A stretch of 62,459 nt of DNA, the filler included, from Vermamoeba vermiformis (lineage: Eukaryota), in assembly GCA_045837725.1 (NCBI GenBank). It is 7 parts of 7 records of this genome, joined end to end, with 100 filler letters (N's around TTAATTAATTAA, not from the genome) between each part and the next. Parts side by side here need not be neighbours in the genome. Positions count along the whole stretch, not along the records: positions 8,389 to 30,067 come from JBEWZL010000268.1; positions 30,168 to 32,355 come from JBEWZL010000273.1; positions 32,456 to 35,198 come from JBEWZL010000275.1; positions 35,299 to 43,626 come from JBEWZL010000277.1; 3 more parts are not named here. One strand, 5' to 3'. Shown here in pieces: positions 25,792 through 36,789 of the stretch. Below the pieces are notes generated by a model. The model searched no databases. It worked only from the letters and a program-made list of their open reading frames with translations, and was not told the DNA's origin. Numbering within the stretch: position 1 is the stretch's first letter; each line of letters starts with the position of its first letter. The position numbers and the translations under genes were made by a program.

Positions 25792-28700
25792 ATGAGGATC
25801 ACGTTCTTGGTGTTGTTTATAGCCTCGGTTTGGATCGGGTCGATAACCGGTAAACTATTAATAGTTTGGTCTTTGATTAATGGATTATTCAATCACACAT
25901 TATGATTATTATTATTTAATTTATAACATTCTCTGATCCTTTTGAAAAATTGAATCGGCCGTTAAATTTTTTCGTACCAGTAACGGATGGAATTAAAATT
26001 TATTTTTATATGGAATAATATTAATATTTACGCGACTCTGACGAATGAAATGTACGAAAAGACTAATTGTTGTATAAACTATCAGCGGCTAGCTTGTGGA
26101 CTTTTCTTCCCGACATCTCTATCTACAGCACATCTGTTACCGATTACTACGCCAAGATAGAAACGTATTCATATAACGATACTCAAGCTACAACACCGAC
26201 CTTTTATGTTTGCATATTGACTCTAACGACTCAAGCGCAAGGAGGCTCAGTCTTCACCCAAAAACGCAGATACGTTGTTGGCGAAACAGGAAGCAATGGT
26301 CCTGATATTATACCACTCCCTTATCAATTCGACAGTAGTAAAATATACAAAGACATCGATTTAGTTTCAGGCCCGGCCGATTGTCTTTTTGCCGCGCTTT
26401 CAACGGACAACGTACGTATTGCAAACTGAATCAAAATTAGACTAAATATTTTTAAATATATATGGCATAATATTAATGCAATATTTGTAGGTGGTTTATG
26501 TTGGTAATGGCGAATCCGCGTACTCTCCCGTGACTCTGAGCAACAATCGCGACCAAATTGAGCTCGTAAATGATGGAGCAGTCGATTCTTATTTTTTCAC
26601 TATGAACGTAAGTATTATAGTTATATTAATCCAAGCTCGTATTAATGCCAGTCTTAACAGAGTTTTTGGTACCTTCCACCGCAGAAATTTGGATCCCCGA
26701 ACCTTTTCAGTTTCGGAGACTCACAAGACGCTATTCTTTTAGGTAGGTACTATTTATAAATATTTAGACTTGCTTTAAATTTTAACAAGCTATAAAAACT
26801 AAAACAAATTTAATTAATCCTGATTGAATCCAGCGAACGGCGACATCGCGGCTGTTGGCGCGGCCAGTGGCTCCTCTACGCTATCGGTACGCACTGCTAG
26901 CGGTGCTGATACGGCTATGCTCAATCAAGCAGGCTACGGCGGCAACAAACCTTCGTTAGTTGGATGGAGCGACAGTACGTTCATGGCTTGTGCTCAAAAC
27001 GTTAATAAAGGCGTAAGTAACGCATACTATATTACATATATATATAGGAGATTACTGGCCGTCTAATAACTTATGTTAAAATAATTCAGATCGTCTGCGG
27101 ATCGTACCCCTCCGGTCCCGACAGCGTGGTAGCACGTGCTGCAACTGCCACCCAATCAGTGACCTACCCTATTCTCTCCTTAATGGACAAGAATAGCGAC
27201 TTGGCGAGCATGGCCTGTCTCATGTACGACAATAGCTTCGCGCAGTCTTACTACGAAGTGAGCGTGGTGAGCAAGAACAGTGTGATTCAGCTCAGTGTGA
27301 GCAAGGGCGGTGTGTATCTCGTCAGTCAAACGGCGCAAGCGAATTACATCTTTGCCGTGTACTATAAATCCTCGGGACTGTACATGGATGTGATCTACTA
27401 CGGAGTAAGTTTCTCATTCAAGAACGCATTCATATCATTTCTTAAATAATACATATTGATAATATCGATCTTCGTTCAATTTTAAGCGAGCAGTAGATTT
27501 GTAGTCTTTAATTTTGGATCCGCTCTTTTTCGAAATTTCGTACTCATTTTTTTATTTGTTGCACATAGGACTCTCAGCCACCACTTCCACCTCCAGTAGC
27601 TGTACCAGTAACTCCACCAGTCACTGCACCCGTCGCTGCCCCGATCACACCTCCAACCACATCCCCGATCAGCGACGCACCTCTAACAGCTCCTCAAGCT
27701 GATGTGCCAGCTGCCACCACCCCGACTCAAAACACTCCATCTACGGTCGATGTGCCCGTTGTAGGACCTATTTCTAGCAATGGAACTCTGGGTCCAGCCA
27801 GTGCTGTTGGTGCGGATGTGCTTGGTCCAGCGATAGCTATTCCTGGTGCCGCGGTTGTAGGTACGGGCCTGTTCTTATTGTTGTTCTTCTTGAAGAAGAA
27901 AAAGAAGGAGGAGAAGGACGAGAAAGACGAAGAACAATCGAGCGATGATGGTGCAGCCACGCCTAGGACTGCTATTAATGGCAGCAATCAAAGATTTTCC
28001 GTGGATCCGTCAAATTACGGAAATATTCCTGGAAGAGCGAGCGTTACCGGCTACGGAGCTATACCCGATGGTGGTGCACCTACCGTTAGTCCTGACACGT
28101 TCCAAGGCATCAATCCTACCGCTATCAAGCCCTCAGAAGTTGACAAGCGGATGCAGATCCCGTACAAAAGTTTGTTTTTTGCCCGCGAGATTGGCGCTGG
28201 AAGTTACGGCAAAGTGTTCCAAGGGTAAGTTTGAAGACATTTCTTTTTATTCCTATAAAAGGAAAGAAGTTACTAACATCGTGGTTCAGTGAATGGCGTG
28301 GCGCACAAGTCGCTATTAAAGTCAACAATCAAATCTCTGACACTGACGGATTTTTGGCCGAAGCGAAATTGACACTGTAAGTACCCAGAAAATATGATTT
28401 CAGCTCAAATTCGGTTATATGTCCTATTTATGGATCATATCGCTAAAGAAAATAAGTCATTCAACATTCGCAAACGACTTTTTGTTTCACTGAATGGTTC
28501 GTTCATGAAAACTAATGACATTTACAGTGGCATTGCACCACACCCTAATCTCGTGCAAACGTTCGGCGTGAGTCTTGATGGACCCAATCCGTGCATTGTG
28601 CTCGAGTTCTGTGGCGGTGGCAGTCTCGACGGTGTCATGTACGACAAGGATCTGATCGTGACCAACGAAAAGAAGCGAGACTACGCACTGAAGATTGCAT

Positions 28701-29345
28701 ACGGATTGATTCACTTGCACAACAACAACATTGTGCATCGTGACTTGGCAGCACGCAACATCTTGTTGGCGAATGATGGCACTCCCAAGATCTCTGACTT
28801 TGGCATGTCGCGCATCATTCAAGACGAGGGCTCGAAAGGAAAAACTAAAGCTACAATTGGTCCGTTGCGATGGATGGTACGTACTGCTGGCAGACACGAA
28901 CATTGCCAAAAAAGGAAATATTAACGAGAAATTTCATCAGGCTCCTGAATCTTTGCAAGACCGAGATTACAGCGTAAAATCGGACGTGTGGAGTTACGGC
29001 ATTTTAGGTACGAAATCTTTGCAACTATTTTTTTCACTGAACCTCATGTTGTTGACACGTGTTATTTTTCACGAACAGTTTGGGAAATTGTTGCGCGAAG
29101 GGAGCCGCACGAAGATGAAGATCAGTTGATGATTGGCGCCAAAATTAGAGACTTGGCGTATGCTCCACAAATACCCGCGGACTGCGATCCGACGCTGAAA
29201 CAAGTGATGGAAATGTGCTGGAAGAAGGACCCTAATGAACGACCCGTAAGTATAATAAGGGCATAATAATGCATTGGGCATTAAGACTAATTATGGTAAT
29301 ATTCAGACTTTGGACCAAATTATCGAGCTGCTCAGATCCGCATAA
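25792..29345 (+). CDS. receptor tyrosine-kinase-like protein, tandem copy 5 (divergent ectodomain)
   Basis: Signal MRITFLVLFIASVWIGSIT; TM AIAIPGAAVVGTGLFLLLFFL-KKKKK; HRDLAARN, GPLRWMAPE, KSDVWSYG; TAA 29343-29345. Confidence 0.87.
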
Positions 29346-29618
29346 ATGAATGCAAGGTGCTTTATTAATATCTCTTATTCTTATTTATTATTATTGTGGC
29401 GAAAATAATGCAATGTGTAAGCAAAACCATCGCCTCTGTAAATAAAAAAATTGTACTTTAAAAACGATACTGCTCCGACTCACAACCCTATTTGCGCTGG
29501 TATTTTCGTTTATGGAACACGCGTTGTTTTTTTTTTTGAGACGAAGAACACTAAAAACTTTCATGATTAACACGAGGTTTATCACAACACTTGGACAAAA
29601 AACGAATGGTTTGTCTCT

Positions 29619-30065
29619 TCAATCGTTTACGTTGTACAAATTAAAGACCCTCCAATTGGGGAAACGAAGTGAATCCCTGCCGCGAAATGAATCACTTGTG
29701 TAATAGTGGTCTGATAGCTCTCCGTTTACTTTGACTACTCCTTCGGCTAAGATGTTGAACCAGTGTTTGCAGACGAGATTGAGTGATGCAGTGAGCATTA
29801 GTGGTTGGGTGTAAGGTGGGCTGTATACGAAGCTGAGAATAATTTTGACCAATTCTGGCAATAGCTTTGCTGACAACTGATCGATCTCGACTCCGATCTC
29901 GAATTTTTTGAATTTTGGGAACAGAGTAATGACGCATTTCTTATCTTTGGGATCTTTTCGTTCCAAGATGAAATTTCCTTTGACATTGATAAAATAACAA
30001 TGGGGGACAATCATATCAACACGATTCCTATCGATCCAGTACCAAAACTGCCCATCTCTGCACAA
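29619..30065 (-). CDS. 3' fragment of an F-box-like protein, truncated by the spacer
   Basis: LLPELVKIILSFV...SLNLVCKHWFNIL fits the F-box consensus; 5' end lost at gap. Confidence 0.55.
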   Translation of the reverse strand: MCRDGQFWYWIDRNRVDMIVPHCYFINVKGNFILERKDPKDKKCVITLFPKFKKFEIGVEIDQLSAKLLPELVKIILSFVYSPPYTQPLMLTASLNLVCKHWFNILAEGVVKVNGELSDHYYTSDSFRGRDSLRFPNWRVFNLYNVND

Positions 30066-30067
30066 AT

Positions 30068-30167
30068 NNNNNNNNNNNNNNNNNNNNNNNNNNNNNNNNN
30101 NNNNNNNNNNNTTAATTAATTAANNNNNNNNNNNNNNNNNNNNNNNNNNNNNNNNNNNNNNNNNNNN
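30068..30167. other. artificial contig spacer
   Basis: 44 N + TTAATTAATTAA + 44 N. Confidence 0.97.
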
Positions 30168-30187
30168 CTTAACAAAAAAAAAAGGCA

Positions 30188-30464
30188 ACTTGTCTGGGCT
30201 GGATAACTTAGGACATCTCACATTGGCTGGCTCATCTACACAGGGTATGAGGTGTTATTTTTTGTGGACAAGTAAAAACCTCCAGATTAGTATGGGGTTT
30301 GCAAAGAACTTGTATTTGCTTTGGGCAACCATAATGCACTGAGTTACCACTGTTTATGGAATGATGAACCATCTAGATGCTGGGGAGGATGGCCAATCCA
30401 GCGGATGACATAGCCAGCCAGGGTGAGATGTCCAGCCCGGCTAAGTTATCTGGCCCGGACAAGT
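30188..30464. repeat. degenerate inverted repeat pair (~45-55 bp arms), possible TIR element remnant
   Basis: AACTTGTCTGGGCTGGATAACTTAGGACATCTCACATTGGCTGGCT (~30188-30232) matches the reverse complement of ~30411-30464 (AACTTGTCCGGGCCAGATAACTTAG..GGACATCTCACCCTGGCTGGCT). Confidence 0.7.
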
Positions 30465-30600
30465 TTCATGTCCTGGACAAGTAAAAACTTCCGGATAGTG
30501 TATGGAGGGTTTGGAAAGAACTTCTTTTTGTGTTGGGTAACCATAATGCGCTGAGTAACCATTGTTCATGCTATTATGAACCTACTAGCTGAAAAAGCAA
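30266..30600. repeat. diverged ~115-bp direct repeat pair
   Basis: GGACAAGTAAAAAC..AAAGAACTT..AACCATAATGC.CTGAGT.ACCA..TGAACC starts at ~30266 and ~30475. Confidence 0.75.
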
Positions 30601-30630
30601 CAAAGATCATTCAACCATGTGGATAAAGAA

Positions 30631-30950
30631 AATGCTACCCACGGGATTTGAACCCATGACCTCAGTGTGGTTGACAGTTTCAGTCCACCTTGAGCAGGTT
30701 CTGAGCCATACAAATAAATAAAAACCAGGTATGCCGGCTGGGATTTGAACCTGGGACTTCTGCATGTTGCCAACCCAAGTTTCCACTACCTGCCTCCGGC
30801 TAGCCGAAACGTTCAGGATAGCCAAGCCAAACTGGACTGGCCATCTTCCTGGGTAGGATTGACCTGGGACTTGGTTGCCAACCCATCTTTCCACTACCTG
30901 CTCCATAGCCAAAACGTTCGATAGTTGCTGCACTGGACTGGCCATCCTCT
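30631..30950 (-). mobile_element. cluster of three degenerate tRNA-like (SINE-type) heads
   Basis: Minus-strand B-box GGTTCAAATCCC near 30642-30654 and 30740-30752, a third decayed copy near 30850-30910 sharing GGTAGTGGAAA..GGGTTGGCAAC; stems are broken so not functional tRNAs. Confidence 0.6.
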
Positions 30951-31168
30951 CCTGAGATCTCACCTCAACAAAACACAGGATTGTGGCCCTACAACGCCTA
31001 TCCAATGTCTAAAATAAACTAATTGGATGCAGAAGCTTCCAGTAAACGGCAATGTCTTCTCAGAGCATTGCTTTCTCACCTCAGCCATTGGTGGACGTCC
31101 TTTCCGCAAAAATTGGATGTCCGACAGACTGGGCATCTGCTGTGGTGTTGAACAAACAGTTGCTGATG

Positions 31169-31690
31169 GATGGGTTCATAATTAATGCCAAAAATTTACA
31201 AATTGCTGTCACTACAATATCTTTGACGATAAACAATATTTTCTTGTTATATGGTGATAGTTCTAGGTATTTCCAAAGTTTAAAAGGTATTGAGGCAAAT
31301 AGAACAAAGTTCAGTGTTGCATAAATTACGTGGAGTTGGTTTTGCCAAGCATGTGCAAATGGATGGGTTCATACTTAAGCATATCCCTTCATTATAACAT
31401 TTGCCACCAGCTGGACAAAGTTACAACATAAATAAGTATGGATGATTCAAAAAAATTTGCAATGCTAGGTGACAATGCATTGTAGCCAAAGTTCAGGGTT
31501 GCATAAAATACGTATAGTTGTGTTGTACCAAACATGTGCTGGTGGGTGGGTTCATACTTAATGCCGAAAATGTACAAATTGCTGTCACTACAATATCTTT
31601 GATGATTGCTTATATTTTCTTGTTAGAAAGTGATAGGTCTAGGCATTTCCAAAGTTTAAATGGTATTGCAGCATATACAACAAAGTTCTA
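31169..31690. repeat. degenerate tandem repeat, ~185-190-bp period
   Basis: GGGTTCATA(C/A)TTAA anchors near 31172, 31365 and 31548; first and third units share ACAAATTGCTGTCACTACAATATCTTTGA..ATTTCCAAAGTTTAAA..ACAAAGTTC. Confidence 0.75.
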
Positions 31691-32355
31691 GTATAGCGGA
31701 AGGTCTTTGCAGAACAATGACATTTTCAGCCTCCAGCGCTTAGCCTAAACCAAAACCTCCTGATGCAACAGTAGTGCTTCTTGGGCCCGTTGGTACTAAT
31801 GGCAAAGTTTGGTGTAAGTTGGTCAATTACTAACATCAGTGGACCGTTAGCATGGGTGGAGCCAGACATTCCATCATTAGTATCAGAAAACTTTGTTGTA
31901 TTTGGACAGACACTGGACACTCCGTCTAATTTGGGCAGGACGACCTCCAAAATCTTTGTGATTACTTTATTTGCATGTTGTACCGTGACAGGTATTGCAA
32001 CAGGGACATGGTGTCCAGACGGGGCATCTGCTGAAGTTAGTAATTAACAAAATTCAATTCTGTGTCTGCAGTAGGTCTGGGTCCAGACGCCCTGTCCAAA
32101 TTGGACGCCGTGCTCAACTTGTGTAGGACAACCTCCAAAGTTATGAAAGCAAATTGTGTTCTGCCTAGAGCTGTACCAAAAATGGAATATTGTTGTGAAG
32201 TAAGGATCCATAACAAAGTGCTGTTGTTGATTCTTTCTATTGTGACATGTCCACTATGTTGCAATGATTTCATTTGTTGGCATGCATATGGAATCTCCTT
32301 TCCCCCTTTTATTGTTCTCTGATAAAATGATTTGCCTTAACCTTGAAGGTAATGG

Positions 32356-32455
32356 NNNNNNNNNNNNNNNNNNNNNNNNNNNNNNNNNNNNNNNNNNNNT
32401 TAATTAATTAANNNNNNNNNNNNNNNNNNNNNNNNNNNNNNNNNNNNNNNNNNNN
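32356..32455. other. artificial contig spacer
   Basis: 44 N + TTAATTAATTAA + 44 N. Confidence 0.97.
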
Positions 32456-32944
32456 CTCGATCGAGAAAATAACTTACCATCGCACCCAAACCGTTTAGTT
32501 GTTGAGTAGACGCAGGTAATCGTAGAGTTTGCCAGATTATTATATTTATGCTCGAGAGGTGTTTTGTTGGATTGGCCCGGCTAATTTTAATACAATTGGG
32601 TTTTTGGCGCGCAGACCGTTTTGTTGAAACGTGCTTGCAGAAAGCAATGGAAGGTTTCAATTGAACGGCCGATATTTTCTTTAGTGGTACCACTACTTAT
32701 TATGCGCGGCAAATAGAAAGCACAAGACAAAACCAGACGCCAAGCTAGCCATCTAAAACAAAAAATAGTAAGTCGCCGTAAAATAAAATAATAGTTATTA
32801 TTAGTAACAAAAAGTTAGTTTAGAAGCCCCAGGCAGAAAAACAGCCTATTTTGTTTGATACGAAAGATCAGAATAATTTATTCATTTAAAATTCTAACAG
32901 AATAGTCGTCGTTCGAATCTACATCTACGGATACTTTCGATTTA

Positions 32945-34953
32945 ATGAATTTTAATGTCGCTTTTTCCCCGGATCTTGAGCAGCTGAATCCTGCAGTTGT
33001 CGATCTGATCCGGCCGTTAGATGCAGCTGCATCTCGCTTAAGTACTGAAGCGTCATTCCAACTAAGTCGCCTGAGGAATAGCATTAGGTTCCATAGCGAA
33101 AAGCGCTTAGTCAATTCATTGACGTGGATCGAGCATCCATTGTACTTGGACGAAGAAGTAATGGAAAACGTTAAAAGAAAGTTATTAAGGACATTCGATG
33201 AAGAGAGTATTGATAACTTATTGGAGGACATTCAGCACGCGTTGTCCATAGAAGGTGCCGACGAGAACGATTATAGCGAAGATTTTGCGTATTGGTTCTT
33301 CGTTCACTTGCACAAGATTTCCAAATATGGTAATGCAACAGAGGATAGCGAATGGACGAAGTTGATTAATTGTATCGCCCTCACCACCAACTTTTACATC
33401 GATTTTTTTTGCCCAAAGCTGTTCGAGATTTGCTTTGACTCTGATTATGGCTTATTTTGCGCTCCAAACTTTGTCGTTCAAAAACAACCAGATTTTGCAA
33501 TGGTTGTTCCTGTTGGTACTGTCAATAATATATCGGAGAAGCTACAAAAGAAGGGTTTGAGGGCGGAATCCGAGAGAAGTTAATCAAGTGTATGCGCGTG
33601 TGCATTGACGACCAACTCAATCACGTGCCATTAAAAAAGTGTCGTGTCATTGGCATCCTTCACGGTATGACTTTCATTCAAATGAAATGAGTTGCTAACC
33701 ACCGTACTGTAGCCGAGACACAGGTCAAGATCTACGAAATGAAACCAGTGTTGACAACGAAGTCAAAGATACTCATTTACGATGGTTATCCTCTACACGA
33801 TGGCTTGTTAGACTTGGGCACTGTGCAAGGCCTATCAATGTTCTATGGGACCTTGCAACGAGTTGAAACTCTTGTCAAACAGTTGAAAGTCAATTTTCAG
33901 GACCACCGAAGCAACAACAAGTTTGTCAAGCCACCGCAGGATCCGTACATTGATCGGTCTTTTTCAGAGCTGCATAGAACGGAGTCTCAAGACAACAGAA
34001 GTGGCGGCAAAAAAGACAGCAATACTAACAAAATGAACAATTATAACAAAACGGACAATAATAGCACAAATGACGATAAGGCCGAAGTCTCCGAGCCCCC
34101 GCAAGACCTTGAAGAAAAGCTTCAAGTAGCGCTGAACGGCGCATTGACTGACATCACTTCTGGAGCTATCAGCGAGGTGCGAGTAGGCAAATTAATGGTC
34201 GATGGTCAAGTGCATGAAGTTGCGTTGTTGCAGAAGATGAACTGTTCCCTCGAATTGGAATTTCTTCGAAAATTTGACCACCCGAACATCGTTAAAATGT
34301 TCAGCTGCTATTCCGAACCATACGAAGGTAATTACTTAAGAGTGTTTATATGAAGAGCTAATCGCTTTATAGGTTATACTGCTTACATAATTGCTCTCGA
34401 AAAGCTAGAATTCATGAAACGCACTCCGCGTACTCTTCGTGCACTTCATATTGCTAGAGATGTTTGTGCTGGTTTGGCTTACTTACATTCACTGAATATT
34501 ATTCATCGCGACATCAATCCGCGGAATATTATGCGAGATGACACAGGCAGAGTCAAAATTATCGACTTTAACTTGGCCGTGGAACTGAAGCCAGGAACAC
34601 GCTGCTTTGAAGCAGAGATTGGAACAGGTGGTTTCATAGCACCGGAAGTTGATCGTATGACTTCGTATGGATACGATTGCAAGGCTGATGTTTACAGCTT
34701 GGGACAGACAATACGCCTGTTGTACATGAGACAGGTACGTACTCGTCATTGATACACCTTCATAATAATATATGATAATTAATTTAATTAGGAAAAGGAT
34801 TATACATCTTCAATACGCAAGTTAATTGACAAGTGCTCGTTGCATATGTTCCATCGTCCTTCCGCGAAACAACTTCTCGAGTACATCAATAGCGCGATTG
34901 AAAAATACAACAATCGTAAACATGAGAGGCAACAGAATAAGACCGACGAGTGA
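32945..34953 (+). CDS. Ser/Thr protein kinase with an N-terminal region containing a possible PD-(D/E)xK-like motif; apparent frameshift near 33530; true start uncertain
   Basis: Kinase motifs FDHPNIVKM, IIHRDINPRNIM, VKIIDFNLA, GTGGFIAPE, KADVYSLG; upstream QPDFAMVV then, in a shifted frame, IGEATKE..EKLIKCMR..VIGILH. Confidence 0.7.
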
Positions 34954-35198
34954 AACAGCCTCCCCACGATCATCATGACACGAGGAAAGAAGAACCCAAG
35001 AAGGAGAAGAAAAGAAAGAGTACGCGGCATACCGGCTTTTCATTCACCGTTCATAGGATTTGAATGAGTGATTGTTGTAACTACTGCCTCAATCCCCAGT
35101 TCGAGATCTGCTACATGAACGATCGTTTCTTGCCGAAATTAAACTTTAAAACCGCGAGAAGTAGACGTAATAATTCTCTTGTATGTGTTGAGTAAAAT

Positions 35199-35298
35199 NN
35201 NNNNNNNNNNNNNNNNNNNNNNNNNNNNNNNNNNNNNNNNNNTTAATTAATTAANNNNNNNNNNNNNNNNNNNNNNNNNNNNNNNNNNNNNNNNNNNN
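35199..35298. other. artificial contig spacer
   Basis: 44 N + TTAATTAATTAA + 44 N. Confidence 0.97.
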
Positions 35299-35357
35299 AA
35301 ATGTAAGTTTAAAAGTTCAATTTAAATGCCTACAGTCGCTTGAACTTCAATTTTAGG

Positions 35358-35916
35358 GTGCAGATGTGTGCAAAGTGCTCGTCATTCTACAGCTAGCACG
35401 AGGGCTGTACGGCATAATAATAATATCTACTTGTCGGTTTGGTGATAGCGAGAGGATCTACAATGTACAATAAGCGTTGGTAAGTACGAGGGATACTGCG
35501 GAATGTCACGATCCGAAATACAAAAATAATAAACTAGTAACTTGAATGGTTGTCATAAATGATTTTTTAAACAACAATGCAGGGTACTAACAACGTTTTA
35601 TCAGCACCAAATATGAAGACAAAGCAAAATATTAATAGGCGGCACTTCAATCTGTCGTGCTTTCACGTGCACAAAACGAATAAGGTGAGTTCGTGATGAA
35701 AATATGCAGCCCCGATGGCTCAACTCAAACAAGGATTGACAATTGAGTACGTGTTTAGGTGCAGATCTGCGGCAAGTGCTCGTCATTCCACGGCCAACGC
35801 AAGCTTTAAATGACATGTCGTGGACAACTACTTGCCGCGCTGATGATAGTGAGGGATCGATGGTGTTAAATGAGCATTGGTAAGAGCGAGCATTGCTCGA
35901 AATATCGTGCTCTGAA
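35358..35916. repeat. diverged ~160-bp direct repeat pair, 400 bp apart
   Basis: GGTGCAGAT..AAGTGCTCGTCATTC..CTACTTG..TGATAG..GGATC..TTGGTAAG..CGAG at ~35358-35518 and ~35758-35916. Confidence 0.7.
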
Positions 35917-36789
35917 ACGAGTAATAATTTTCTAATTTTACACTCGTTTTACCTTATTTGACGTAGTATTTTAAGTTAATTTATGTTACTTATTATAATT
36001 TTAAGGTTCATGCTTATTTGCGTAATTTTAATGAAAGAGTTGAGCGAATGGATCGCGCTCACCACACCTAACGCTTGGAAGAGGTGAGTTCGTTCTATTT
36101 CTCAACATGAAATAACCAATGAATTGACGGTCGTATCATAGCACCAGTATTAAAGTTAAGATCGGCAAGTGGTGTCACCCCAACGGATCCTTTTTTGCAT
36201 GACGCCAACGAGGATCAAACTCGAACAACGCAATAGCAAACTCGAATAAGACTAACATCATATGTAAGCAATGAATGTGCAATAACAACTGACTCAGCGT
36301 TGCATTTAGCCACGACGATTCGTTCCGCACGCTGGTGCTCTGATGGAAGTTTTTGTTCTCATCGTGCCATGCCGCGCATGTGCATCAACATGGAGTGCAC
36401 GCGATGAAATAAGACTGTCAGCAATGTGGTGCAAATAGATTCGTGGCTCTATTCATACAAAGGTACGTGATCAAAATTTCGGCTCAGATATTTAGCTGTC
36501 CATTGTGATATTGAAACAACGTGACGCCATTAATGAGCAATTGAGAACTTAACTACTTGCGATGTGTTTTTCGGATCTATTATGACACTAAGCTCTTGTC
36601 CTTTCCGACGTTAGAACAATTCATGAGAATTGAGCAACTATCGTGTCGGCAAGGTATTTGAAGTGAGTTGTTTGTCATCAGGTGCACTGCTCCTGCCTCG
36701 TACGTTAGATGAACAATGTGAAGTTTATTCGTAATGCGCTTAAAAAACAAAAATAAATCCATGAAACTACTAAATCTGACCGAATGCTA

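Noticed and set aside
11898-29345. Fragmented ORFs as pseudogenes or a non-standard genetic code
   Set aside because: Breaks coincide with GT-AG introns at equivalent positions in all copies, and TAA, TAG and TGA all terminate genes normally.
30631-30910. Functional tRNA genes
   Set aside because: B-boxes are present but acceptor, D and T stems are mismatched and no confident anticodon arm could be drawn.
31726-32322. Short ORFs in the repeat contig as a transposase or viral gene
   Set aside because: No recognisable catalytic motifs and frequent stops; cannot be supported without a search.
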